Source: a virus
Lineage: Duplodnaviria; Caudoviricetes
Length of the DNA: 56,934 nt
Virus record (IMG/VR): IMGVR_UViG_3300046804_003678
Span: 1 to 56,934 of that record
Strand: one strand, 5' to 3'
Both the position numbers and the translations under genes were made by a program. Positions 10,076-18,738 of this stretch are shown here, piece after piece. The notes beneath the pieces are model-generated. The model saw nothing but the letters and a program-made list of their open reading frames with translations. It was not told the DNA's origin and ran no database searches. How positions within the stretch are numbered: position 1 is the stretch's first letter; every line of letters begins with the position of its first letter.

Positions 10076-10858
10076 TATTGGGTTGATATAGTTACTTACA
10101 GTAGTAAAATTCTTAGGATAAAAATGTTGACGAGCACAAGTATAAAATTGATACTTGTGCTTTAATTTTTCTGGAAATGGAATTTCTTCTATTGAGCAAT
10201 TATATTTGTCTGCAATCAGATCTGCAACGTATCTAAAAGAAACAGGTTCAGAAGTTCCTACATCATATATTCCAGATTGTTTATCTTGTAATATACAATC
10301 AATTACATCCTCTACCCAAATAAAATCTCTGATACAATTTTCTGAATCTTTAAATATCTTTATTTTATTATCTTGTTTTGCTTGTTGAGTGAATTGATGA
10401 ATAGGCGAGGCCTGAGAACCTTTATCATCTTCACCACTTCCATATACATTAAAGAATCTCAAACCTACTATATTTTTAAATTTATTATAATTAGATTCTA
10501 CCCATATATCAACATTTGCTTTTGATATTGAATAGTGATTTAATGGGTTATAAGCGTATGTATAGCTATTACCATATACAGAAGCTGAAGAAGCATATAC
10601 GATAGAAATATTGTATATTTTAGCATGTTCAAATAAACTCATAGTATAGGAAACATTATAGGCATGCAACTTATCTAGATCGTCACATGAAGTATCACTT
10701 ATACCTCCAAGATGATAAATTTTTTCTACATTATTCCAATCAGTTGTAATTAAAGATGAAAAACAATTATCTGAATCTACAAGTATTAAATTTTTATTAC
10801 CTAGTCTTTTTACTAAGTTTCTACCTATAAATCCTTTATAACCTGTTATCAATATCAT
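10052..10858 (-). CDS. hldD: ADP-L-glycero-D-manno-heptose-6-epimerase
   Basis: TGYKGFIG, YASSASVYG, YSISK, GLRFFNVYG, RDFIWVEDV, IPFPEKLKHKYQ. Confidence 0.85.
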   Translation of the reverse strand: MILITGYKGFIGRNLVKRLGNKNLILVDSDNCFSSLITTDWNNVEKIYHLGGISDTSCDDLDKLHAYNVSYTMSLFEHAKIYNISIVYASSASVYGNSYTYAYNPLNHYSISKANVDIWVESNYNKFKNIVGLRFFNVYGSGEDDKGSQASPIHQFTQQAKQDNKIKIFKDSENCIRDFIWVEDVIDCILQDKQSGIYDVGTSEPVSFRYVADLIADKYNCSIEEIPFPEKLKHKYQFYTCARQHFYPKNFTTVSNYINPISIFLNNH

Positions 10859-11147
10859 CAAAGAATCTTTCTGAATTTATTGCTTTATCATCAATCCAAA
10901 TATCATAAGATGGTTTACCTGTATTGACAGAAGTATATTTAACACCCCATTGATTAAGTTGATTAACTGTTAATAATAGATGATCTTTTTTAGAAACAGA
11001 GCCTCTTGCTGTCCAATAATGTATTTCATTACCTTTATCATACATATCATTTAAAAAATTAATTCTATGTACAAACGGAACCGCTTCTTCATATTTGCCA
11101 TTAGTTAATGAACATATCGTACCATCTATATCAACCAGATATTTCAT
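10836..11147 (-). CDS. Small HAD-superfamily phosphatase
   Basis: DIDGT, WTARG and GKP..D..IDDK motifs. Confidence 0.75.
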   Translation of the reverse strand: MKYLVDIDGTICSLTNGKYEEAVPFVHRINFLNDMYDKGNEIHYWTARGSVSKKDHLLLTVNQLNQWGVKYTSVNTGKPSYDIWIDDKAINSERFFDDIDNRL

Positions 11148-11502
11148 TTTGACCATCTCCTGGTAAAACTCTAAAATTATCTTTCATAGAATCTTGAGTA
11201 GATACTTCTATAATAACAGAATTATTTTCTACTGCAATTAGCTGATGTATCGTAAAAGGATAGTTAGTACAGGTATCGCCTTCAACAATTACAGAAGTGT
11301 TAATCTTACCTGTATCTGTATCAATTGTTTTATATAAAAAAGAACCACTAAGAACATACCACGATTCTTTTTTATCTTTATGAAAATGCATAGAACTAGT
11401 TGCACCTTCTTTATCATATATCAAAAGTTTACCACAGTATTCAGGATGATCAGCAAATATTACTTCTCTACCCCATCCCTTTTCTATTGTTTGTTTAACC
11501 AC
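11131..11502 (-). CDS. Cupin-fold sugar isomerase-like protein
   Basis: KGWGRE, SMHFH..K.ESW, HQL, EVST; GTG start after GGAG. Confidence 0.7.
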   Translation of the reverse strand: MVKQTIEKGWGREVIFADHPEYCGKLLIYDKEGATSSMHFHKDKKESWYVLSGSFLYKTIDTDTGKINTSVIVEGDTCTNYPFTIHQLIAVENNSVIIEVSTQDSMKDNFRVLPGDGQNEISG

Positions 11503-12652
11503 TATATTTCTCCAAAATCTTTGTTGTAGAATAATCATCCACATAAGGTAGGATAACAACATCAGCAAGATCATTACCAACTACAGCATCTATTGTATAA
11601 TCTCCGCCTTTAGTAATAATATCAGGCTGTAATCTTTTAATTAGCTGATAGGGTGTTTCTTCATCAAATATAATAACATCATCAACAAAGTCCAAAGACT
11701 CAAGCACTGCTTTTCTATCATGTTGATTGTTAAAAGGTCTATGGATACCTTTTAACTTTCTGATTGAGTCATCAGAATTGAGACCAACAATTAATCTACT
11801 ACCAAGACGTTTAGATTGTTTTAAATATTCAACATGACCTCTATGGAGAATATCAAAACATCCATTGGTAAATACAGTATATGCATGTCTGATATCTTCT
11901 GGTTGTAAAACATAAGTTCCAAATTTAGTAACAGAAATGCTTGATAGCCTAACAGCTTTTTCGCAAGCCTGTTTTAATGTTTTCCCCTGATCAAGAAAGA
12001 ATGCAAGAGTAGCAGTAAAAATATCACCCGCCCCAGTTACATCTATCACTTGATGTTGTTCTGTAGGAATGTTAATAATACCGTCTCTGGTAACAATGGA
12101 AGCACCATCAGCTCCTCTGGTAACAACAATAGCTCCAATATTATTTTCAACTAAAGCGATCTTGATACTGCTATATTTTTTTAAAATAAACTTGCTAGTT
12201 TCTTTATGATTCATTTTTACGATATCAGCATTCTTATAATTTACAATAGATTTTTTAGCATCAACTATTACCTTTGAGTTTCTTTTATGGCAATAGTCAA
12301 TAATATCTTGACTGTTATGAAGATATCCTTTATTATAATCAGAAAGAACTACATAATTACAATTCTTTAGATTGAATTTAGGAACAGATTTATTTGCAAC
12401 ATATTGTTCTTGATCCATACGAAATACAATATGATTATCTACAACATATCTGTATTTTTTAGAATTATTTGTCCCGTAATGAACAACCTTACTTCCAAGA
12501 GCTTCAAGATTTTTAACAACATTACCAGCTCCTCCAGATATGGTTTCTTGGAAGTCTTTTTCAAATACTGGGATGGGAGATTCTGGAGAGATTCTATTAG
12601 TAGAACCGTACACATAAATATCTGTGATGAAATCACCAACAACAACAATCAT
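11495..12652 (-). CDS. hldE: Bifunctional heptose-7-phosphate kinase / heptose-1-phosphate adenylyltransferase
   Basis: RISPESPIPV, GGAGNV, SDYNKG, DVTGAGD (PfkB kinase) and FTNGCFDILHRGH, KGGDY (transferase). Confidence 0.9.
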   Translation of the reverse strand: MIVVVGDFITDIYVYGSTNRISPESPIPVFEKDFQETISGGAGNVVKNLEALGSKVVHYGTNNSKKYRYVVDNHIVFRMDQEQYVANKSVPKFNLKNCNYVVLSDYNKGYLHNSQDIIDYCHKRNSKVIVDAKKSIVNYKNADIVKMNHKETSKFILKKYSSIKIALVENNIGAIVVTRGADGASIVTRDGIINIPTEQHQVIDVTGAGDIFTATLAFFLDQGKTLKQACEKAVRLSSISVTKFGTYVLQPEDIRHAYTVFTNGCFDILHRGHVEYLKQSKRLGSRLIVGLNSDDSIRKLKGIHRPFNNQHDRKAVLESLDFVDDVIIFDEETPYQLIKRLQPDIITKGGDYTIDAVVGNDLADVVILPYVDDYSTTKILEKYSG

Positions 12653-12721
12653 AACAAATCCTTTCAAATTCACATATATATTATACTGTGAATGATATAT
12701 TTAGACAACAGGAGTTTAGTA

Positions 12722-13081
12722 ATGAGTCATTTTGCACATATTGATGAAAACAATACTGTAACACAAGTAATTGTAGCAGAACAAGATTTTATTAATTCAG
12801 GTGCTGTGGGCAATCCTTCTGAATGGGTACAGACTAGTTATAACACATATGCTGGTCAGCACAAAAATGGTGGTACTCCTCTTCGTAAGAATTATGCTGG
12901 AATTGGCTATACCTATGATTCAGGTCGTGATGCTTTTATTCCACCAAAGCCTTTTGATAGCTGGATTTTAGACGAGGATACATGCCTTTGGCAGGCTCCA
13001 ACACCAAGGCCAACTGATGGTAAGATCTATCAGTGGAATGAGATGGGTATGGTGTGGGAAGAAGTGGTGTTACCACAGTAA
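12722..13081 (+). CDS. Conserved T4-like phage tail-region protein (copy 2)
   Basis: Paralog of 38..397; SD AGGAG. Confidence 0.8.
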   Translation: MSHFAHIDENNTVTQVIVAEQDFINSGAVGNPSEWVQTSYNTYAGQHKNGGTPLRKNYAGIGYTYDSGRDAFIPPKPFDSWILDEDTCLWQAPTPRPTDGKIYQWNEMGMVWEEVVLPQ

Positions 13082-13082
13082 C

Positions 13083-13090
13083 TATAAATA
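13083..13090 (+). promoter_or_regulatory. T4-type late promoter TATAAATA
   Basis: Exact consensus upstream of a fibre gene. Confidence 0.8.
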
Positions 13091-13120
13091 TACTAGAAAA
13101 TCTAGTTTTTAGGATAAAAA

Positions 13121-14140
13121 ATGGCCACCAAAATTTATGTCTCCCAGATAGATACAGCAAATACTACTGGAGGTCAGGCGCCTCTAGGTGCTCTGATTCT
13201 TGTTGGATCGAATGGTCCTTATTGGTATCAGGGTACAGTATCTGAACTTCTTGGTGTAAATCTTAACGAAATTGTTGGATATACAGGTTCAACTGGTTTC
13301 CAGGGATCTGCAGGATCAGCTGGTTATGTAGGATCGGTAGGATTTCAAGGATCTGTTGGTGGTGATGGACCACAAGGTGCTGTTGGTTATCAGGGATCTG
13401 TTGGTGCAGGAGGTCCAGGATATACTGGATCTGTTGGAGATCAAGGCCCTGCTGGTTATCAAGGTTCACTGGGAAGTACTGGTTATTCTGGATCTGTTGG
13501 GGATCAGGGTCCAATAGGATCTACTGGCTATCTTGGATCTTCCGGATATCTTGGTTCTGTTGGTTATCAGGGTTCTGCTGGTGGTCCAGGAACAATAGGT
13601 TTTACACAGCTAACAGATACTCCTCAAAGCTATACAAGTAAGGCTGGTAATTTTGTAAGAGTCAATGCAACAGCCAATGGTTTGTTCTTTGATTCCAATA
13701 CATACACTACCAACAGTATGACTACCGATGTTAACTTTAATAGCAATACCATAATAAATCCTAATTTAAAAAGTTATAGTGAAACTATCAAGGCAACTGG
13801 AAATTCTACATCAGTAGTTACATTAGATATTAGAGACGGCAATCTAAACACAGTAACACTCAATGCTCCTATTGTTCAGATAGTAATGAGTACAGGTGGT
13901 CTAGTCTCAGGTCGTCTCTATAGCATCACTATGATGTTAAAGCAGGATGGTACTGGTTCTAGAACTGTTGATTGGTCTAACCAAACAATCTACTGGCCAG
14001 CAGGTGAAGGAATCTACTCACCAAATGGACCTACTCTTTCTACACAAGCAAATTATACAGATTTCATAACATTAATGACAACCAATGCTGGAGCAACTTG
14101 GTATGGAGTAATATCTGCTAAAGGCTTCCCAACTACATAA
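13121..14140 (+). CDS. Collagen-like (Gly-X-Y) virion fibre protein
   Basis: About 100 aa of GYQGSVG-type triplets; beta-rich C-terminal domain with LKQDGTGSRTVDW. Confidence 0.7.
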   Translation: MATKIYVSQIDTANTTGGQAPLGALILVGSNGPYWYQGTVSELLGVNLNEIVGYTGSTGFQGSAGSAGYVGSVGFQGSVGGDGPQGAVGYQGSVGAGGPGYTGSVGDQGPAGYQGSLGSTGYSGSVGDQGPIGSTGYLGSSGYLGSVGYQGSAGGPGTIGFTQLTDTPQSYTSKAGNFVRVNATANGLFFDSNTYTTNSMTTDVNFNSNTIINPNLKSYSETIKATGNSTSVVTLDIRDGNLNTVTLNAPIVQIVMSTGGLVSGRLYSITMMLKQDGTGSRTVDWSNQTIYWPAGEGIYSPNGPTLSTQANYTDFITLMTTNAGATWYGVISAKGFPTT

Positions 14141-14151
14141 CGGACTAGATC

Positions 14152-15618
14152 ATGCCAATTTCAAAAGCAGGTTTACTAAGAACAGATGGATTGAGCTCTG
14201 CACCTAAAGAACAAACATTTGTTCCTTTATATTCTGTATTATTTTACTATGGTAAAGATAATGAGTTCACTAGCGGAACACTAAACTTTGATAATTATAG
14301 AACATATCAAGAAATATTTTATCCAAACATAATAATATATAATTCAGATAAGACTCCATCACTACTAAAATGTGATCCGTTAATTACTTGTATTTCTGCT
14401 GACTCTGATTGGAATACAAATACTGGTGTTGCTTTTGCTGCAACCACCTCACTTCCCAATACTGGTGCTACTTTATTTGAATCTCATACTCATGGATTCT
14501 CAACATTAACAAGAACTAATGTTTATAATGTACTTGCAGCAGCACCTGGTGAAGCAACAGGCCTTTTAAATTACATAGAGCAAAAAGGTAATTATACTCA
14601 CATTCATACTGCTAATAATATTGCTCTTAATTTGAGAAATGTACAGTATGGTAGATATGATGGGTTTGCAGCAAGAACTGCTGGTATTAATGCGATCGCA
14701 GTAAAACCAATTCTAAGAGATCCTCAGTTAGTTACTAATCTAAACGAAGTATATAATGAAAAGAAACTAACATATTTTCCAAAAAATGTTATTGTGTTTG
14801 GAAATGATCTTCCTGCTAATGCATATAGTAGAAGTGATACAGGTCACAGCAATACAGCAACAGGAAAAGTACTTCCGTTAATTTCAAAGAATGATAATGT
14901 TGGTGCTCTTAATATTGCAAACACTCTTAGTTTTTCTGTAACTTCTAGTACAGTTTTAAATCACAATCACGATCCTGTTCCTGCATCTACAAAAAGAAAA
15001 TCAAAGAAGGTTGGTCAGACTGGTTATAAATTAGTAGATGCTGGTGTACACAATCATGCTGTCACATATACTGCTAATGTTGCAATCAGATCGAAGATTC
15101 TTAAGGGATGGATAACAACACAAAACTCTACACCAATTGCAAATGGTGTTATCATTGGATATTCAATTGGTCTTAACACACTATACCAGGGAATATATTC
15201 CAACTCAGAAGTTCTTCCAATCAATTGGCATTTTTGTGATGGTAACAACGGAACACCTGATCTAAGAGGGTACTTCATCTATGCAAACTTTGATGCAGCA
15301 AACAACTGCCATGATACTGTTCTATACTCTTCCAACACAATGATAATAAATGCAATATCAATGGCAGCTAATGGTAATCATGCGCATGTAGGACCTCTCA
15401 CAGGTCAGGAATCTGCAGCAGGAACACCTACTGATATCGGAACTCACAGCTACGAAGATAGCCTGAATCATACACACACAATTTCTACAGCAAATACTTT
15501 TAAATATAATGCAACAGACACTACAGAAGTAACTAACATTAAGACGACTCAGTCTTATACGTATGTTCCTCCTCAGGTTCAGCTTGCATTTATAATGTAT
15601 AATGAAAATATAGTATAA
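14152..15618 (+). CDS. Tail fibre protein with collar-like domain and HxH motifs
   Basis: WHFCDGNNGTPDLRGYF collar motif; HTH, HIH, HNH, HNH, HAH, HTH. Confidence 0.65.
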   Translation: MPISKAGLLRTDGLSSAPKEQTFVPLYSVLFYYGKDNEFTSGTLNFDNYRTYQEIFYPNIIIYNSDKTPSLLKCDPLITCISADSDWNTNTGVAFAATTSLPNTGATLFESHTHGFSTLTRTNVYNVLAAAPGEATGLLNYIEQKGNYTHIHTANNIALNLRNVQYGRYDGFAARTAGINAIAVKPILRDPQLVTNLNEVYNEKKLTYFPKNVIVFGNDLPANAYSRSDTGHSNTATGKVLPLISKNDNVGALNIANTLSFSVTSSTVLNHNHDPVPASTKRKSKKVGQTGYKLVDAGVHNHAVTYTANVAIRSKILKGWITTQNSTPIANGVIIGYSIGLNTLYQGIYSNSEVLPINWHFCDGNNGTPDLRGYFIYANFDAANNCHDTVLYSSNTMIINAISMAANGNHAHVGPLTGQESAAGTPTDIGTHSYEDSLNHTHTISTANTFKYNATDTTEVTNIKTTQSYTYVPPQVQLAFIMYNENIV

Positions 15619-15629
15619 AGGAGATAATT

Positions 15630-16244
15630 ATGATTACAGAAGAACAAATTAAACATGGATATCCAAGTGCAGACTCTGATATTGTTTCTGCTCTTGTATC
15701 GAGTCTAGATATGTTTGCAGAAAAATATGGATTGAATACTCCACTTCGTCTTGCACATTTTCTTGCACAGACAGCACACGAATCAGGTGGTTACAGAGCA
15801 GTAGTAGAAAATCTCAATTATTCTGCAGATAGTCTTTCCAAAGTATTTCCAAAATACTTCAAGGATGTAGATCCTAATGACTATGCAAGACAACCAGAAA
15901 AGATTGCTAACCGTGTATACGGTGGTAGAATGGGCAATGGTGATGAATCAACAGGTGATGGTTTCCGTTACCGTGGTCGTGGTCTGATCCAGCTTACTGG
16001 CAAGAACAACTATTCTTCTATGGCAGCTGATATGGGTGTATCAGTAGAAGAGTGTGCAGAATATCTTGAGACTCCAGAAGGTGCATGCGAATCAGCAGCA
16101 TGGTTCTGGAATAAGAACGGTCTTAATGCACTTGCAGACAGCGATGATGTTGTTGCAGTAACAAAGAGAATCAATGGTGGTACTATTGGTCTAGAAGATC
16201 GTCAGAAGCATACAGAAGAGTTTAAGAGCATTCTGGGTGCCTAA
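15630..16244 (+). CDS. Glycoside hydrolase family 19 lysin
   Basis: HFLAQTAHESGG, ENLNYS, YRGRGLIQLTGKNNY, TKRINGG. Confidence 0.9.
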   Translation: MITEEQIKHGYPSADSDIVSALVSSLDMFAEKYGLNTPLRLAHFLAQTAHESGGYRAVVENLNYSADSLSKVFPKYFKDVDPNDYARQPEKIANRVYGGRMGNGDESTGDGFRYRGRGLIQLTGKNNYSSMAADMGVSVEECAEYLETPEGACESAAWFWNKNGLNALADSDDVVAVTKRINGGTIGLEDRQKHTEEFKSILGA

Positions 16245-16249
16245 TAAAA

Positions 16250-16603
16250 ATGGCATTAATTGTAAGACTAGGTGACAGCAGCAGCCATGGTGGTAGTGTT
16301 ATCACATGCTCTGCTGTTACTAAAACTGAAGGTATACTAACTGCAAGAGTGGGGGATCTACATTCTTGCCCTATTCCTGGTCATGGTATCACGCCTATCA
16401 TAAATGGATCAGGTAATTTCAAGACAGAAGGCAAGGTAACTTCAGTATATGGAAGTAAGACAGGTTGTGGTGCGACAATATATGGTGGTAGTAGTGTTTC
16501 CAATGCACCTTTGGAATCTCCATCTAATTCAGGTAGGTTTGGTGGACCATTGGTGCTTGGTGGTCCTAGCATTCCAGCAAGTCAATCATTTATACTAGGA
16601 TAA
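16250..16603 (+). CDS. PAAR-domain baseplate spike tip protein (gp5.4-like)
   Basis: RLGDSSSHGG, ARVGDLHSCPIPGHG, GCGA. Confidence 0.85.
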   Translation: MALIVRLGDSSSHGGSVITCSAVTKTEGILTARVGDLHSCPIPGHGITPIINGSGNFKTEGKVTSVYGSKTGCGATIYGGSSVSNAPLESPSNSGRFGGPLVLGGPSIPASQSFILG

Positions 16604-16606
16604 CAA

Positions 16607-17248
16607 ATGGGTGTAACGTATTTACAGGGTGATATTCTAACAGCAGAAGATCTCAACAACTCATTGAATGAGGCTGTCAATACGTATGGTTATTTTGTGT
16701 TTAGCGCTACTCCTGTTGCATGGGAAAACAGACCAATTGGTCCTCCAGGTGAGCATGTTCATAATGCAAAGCTGACTGCAAACGGTGTATTTGTTGTAAA
16801 CACCAATCCATCATATTTTTATTCACAAAGTAATTTTTATAATGATATCAACATCTATAGTGGCAACATTGTAGTATCGAGCGGGAGCTTGAATGTTACC
16901 GGTAATGTTATTAGTAGTGGAAGTATAAGTGACAACATTGGAGACATAAGAAAAGTTCCTAGAAACAATTCTGTTCCTAATGGATATACAGTACAATCTA
17001 CCGATGCAGGTAAGTTTCTAAATGCAACCGGTACTGTAAATGTTCCTGGAAACATTTTTAATATTGGTGACAATGTCACCATATTTAATTCTACTAGTGG
17101 TAGTATTACTATAGCTCAGACTGGAGGTACTTTAATATTAGCAGGAATTGGTACTACTGGAAACAAATCACTTGATACTAAGGGTCTAGCAACAATTTTA
17201 TGTGTAGATACTAACGTATATGCAATAACAGGTGCAGGGCTCAACTAA
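16607..17248 (+). CDS. Putative tail fibre-associated protein
   Basis: GDILTAEDLN N-terminus; beta-rich; YTVQSTDAGK-type C-terminal domain. Confidence 0.5.
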   Translation: MGVTYLQGDILTAEDLNNSLNEAVNTYGYFVFSATPVAWENRPIGPPGEHVHNAKLTANGVFVVNTNPSYFYSQSNFYNDINIYSGNIVVSSGSLNVTGNVISSGSISDNIGDIRKVPRNNSVPNGYTVQSTDAGKFLNATGTVNVPGNIFNIGDNVTIFNSTSGSITIAQTGGTLILAGIGTTGNKSLDTKGLATILCVDTNVYAITGAGLN

Positions 17249-17964
17249 TGAGCATCTATAACGTATATCTCGGCTACGGTGGAGGTATCGTAGATAAAGC
17301 AGCAGGGTTGATAGGGTTTGCTGATAACACACCTGGAACCAACAAGACTTATAGACTACCTCCGTTCAATCAAATAAAAATAGAAATATGGGGTGCTGGT
17401 GGATCCGGTGGTGGAGGTGACCATAATGTTACTCCAACTGGGTCTGGAGGAAGCAGATCTAGATTAATAGATTTTGGATTAGAAGCAGGAGGTGGTGGTC
17501 CAGGTATTGGTGGTAATAATAATGGTACTAAAACAGGTGCTGGAGGGGGTGGTGGTGTTTCTTCTGGATCATATGGAACTGGAACTATTGTTTTATTAAA
17601 CGGTAAAAGCGGAGCTGCTGGAAATAACAGTGGTCCTGGAGATGGTGGTGAAGCAGCAAATGCTCCTGGTACAGCTGGTAGTAGATCTGATGGTGGTGCT
17701 CCCGGAGGAGGTGGTGGGGGTTCTGGATATGATAATGGTGCTTCTCCTGGAGGTGGTAAAAAATCTGGTGGAGGTAGCGTAAAGGATGCTGCTGCCGGTG
17801 GAGGGGGTGGAGGTGGATCATACGTTTCTGCTCAATTTGTAAAAGGTCAAATTCCTCAAAGAATGCTAATTACATATGATGTTGGTACTGGTGGATCACC
17901 TGCTCCTGCTGAATATACAGGAGGAAGTGGAGCAAATGGTAGAATAAAAATCACTTGGTCTTAA
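17248..17964 (+). CDS. Glycine-rich adhesin-like virion protein
   Basis: WGAGGSGGGG...GGGGGGGSY...GRIKITW, reminiscent of gp38-type glycine-rich tips. Confidence 0.6.
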   Translation: MSIYNVYLGYGGGIVDKAAGLIGFADNTPGTNKTYRLPPFNQIKIEIWGAGGSGGGGDHNVTPTGSGGSRSRLIDFGLEAGGGGPGIGGNNNGTKTGAGGGGGVSSGSYGTGTIVLLNGKSGAAGNNSGPGDGGEAANAPGTAGSRSDGGAPGGGGGGSGYDNGASPGGGKKSGGGSVKDAAAGGGGGGGSYVSAQFVKGQIPQRMLITYDVGTGGSPAPAEYTGGSGANGRIKITWS

Positions 17965-17966
17965 AT

Positions 17967-17974
17967 GATAAATA
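17967..17974 (+). promoter_or_regulatory. Late promoter variant GATAAATA
   Basis: Intergenic, upstream of gp13; the same variant occurs before 34950 and 44715. Confidence 0.6.
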
Positions 17975-17994
17975 TCTAAAAAGGGTATTTTTAA

Positions 17995-18735
17995 ATGGCT
18001 ACACTAACTTCTCGTTCTGAATTCAAAGAATACTGCCTTAGAAAACTAGGCAAACCAGTGATTGAAATTAACGTCGATGATGATCAAGTTGATGATCGTA
18101 TTGATGAAGCGTTAAAATATTACTGGGATTACCATTTTGATGGTACAGAAAAGATATATTACAAACATCAATTTACACAGGAAGATATTGATAACAAATA
18201 TATCACACTTCCTCAGAATATCATTGGTGCTGTAAATATTTTTGATATTGGTGATTATATTGCAACAAACAATATATTCAACATTAGATATCAGATTGCT
18301 CTTAACGATCTGTATACATTAACATACCAATCAATGGTTCCGTATTATATGGCATTTCAACAGCTCCAATTGCTTGAAGGTCTTCTAGTTGGTAAGCAAC
18401 CTATTAGATATAACAGAAATACAAACAAATTGTATGTAGATGTAAATTGGGATAAAGTAACAGTAGGATATTTTCTTGTAGTAGAAGCGTATCAAATTGT
18501 AGACCCTACAACATATCAGGATGTATGGAATGATCGTTGGTTACAAAGATATGCATCTGCTTTGATTAAAAAGCAATGGGGATCAAACCTAACCAAGTTT
18601 AGTGGAATGCAACTTCCTGGTGGCGTACAATACAACGGTGAGAAGATCTACAATGACGCTCACGATGAGTTAGAAAAGTTAGAAGATGAGATGATTAATA
18701 GCTATAGCTTGCCTGTTGCAGATATGATAGGATAA
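17995..18735 (+). CDS. gp13: Neck protein gp13
   Basis: YCLRKLGKPVIEINVDDDQ, KKQWGSNLTKF; synteny. Confidence 0.9.
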   Translation: MATLTSRSEFKEYCLRKLGKPVIEINVDDDQVDDRIDEALKYYWDYHFDGTEKIYYKHQFTQEDIDNKYITLPQNIIGAVNIFDIGDYIATNNIFNIRYQIALNDLYTLTYQSMVPYYMAFQQLQLLEGLLVGKQPIRYNRNTNKLYVDVNWDKVTVGYFLVVEAYQIVDPTTYQDVWNDRWLQRYASALIKKQWGSNLTKFSGMQLPGGVQYNGEKIYNDAHDELEKLEDEMINSYSLPVADMIG

Positions 18736-18738
18736 TCT

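Larger units (their letters stand above)
12722..13123 (+). repeat. Diverged direct repeat, copy 2
   Basis: Aligns with 38..440. Confidence 0.9.

Noticed and set aside
12613-12620. CATAAATA about 100 bp upstream of duplicated gene copy 2
   Set aside because: It lies inside hldE coding sequence on an AT-rich background and cannot be distinguished from chance
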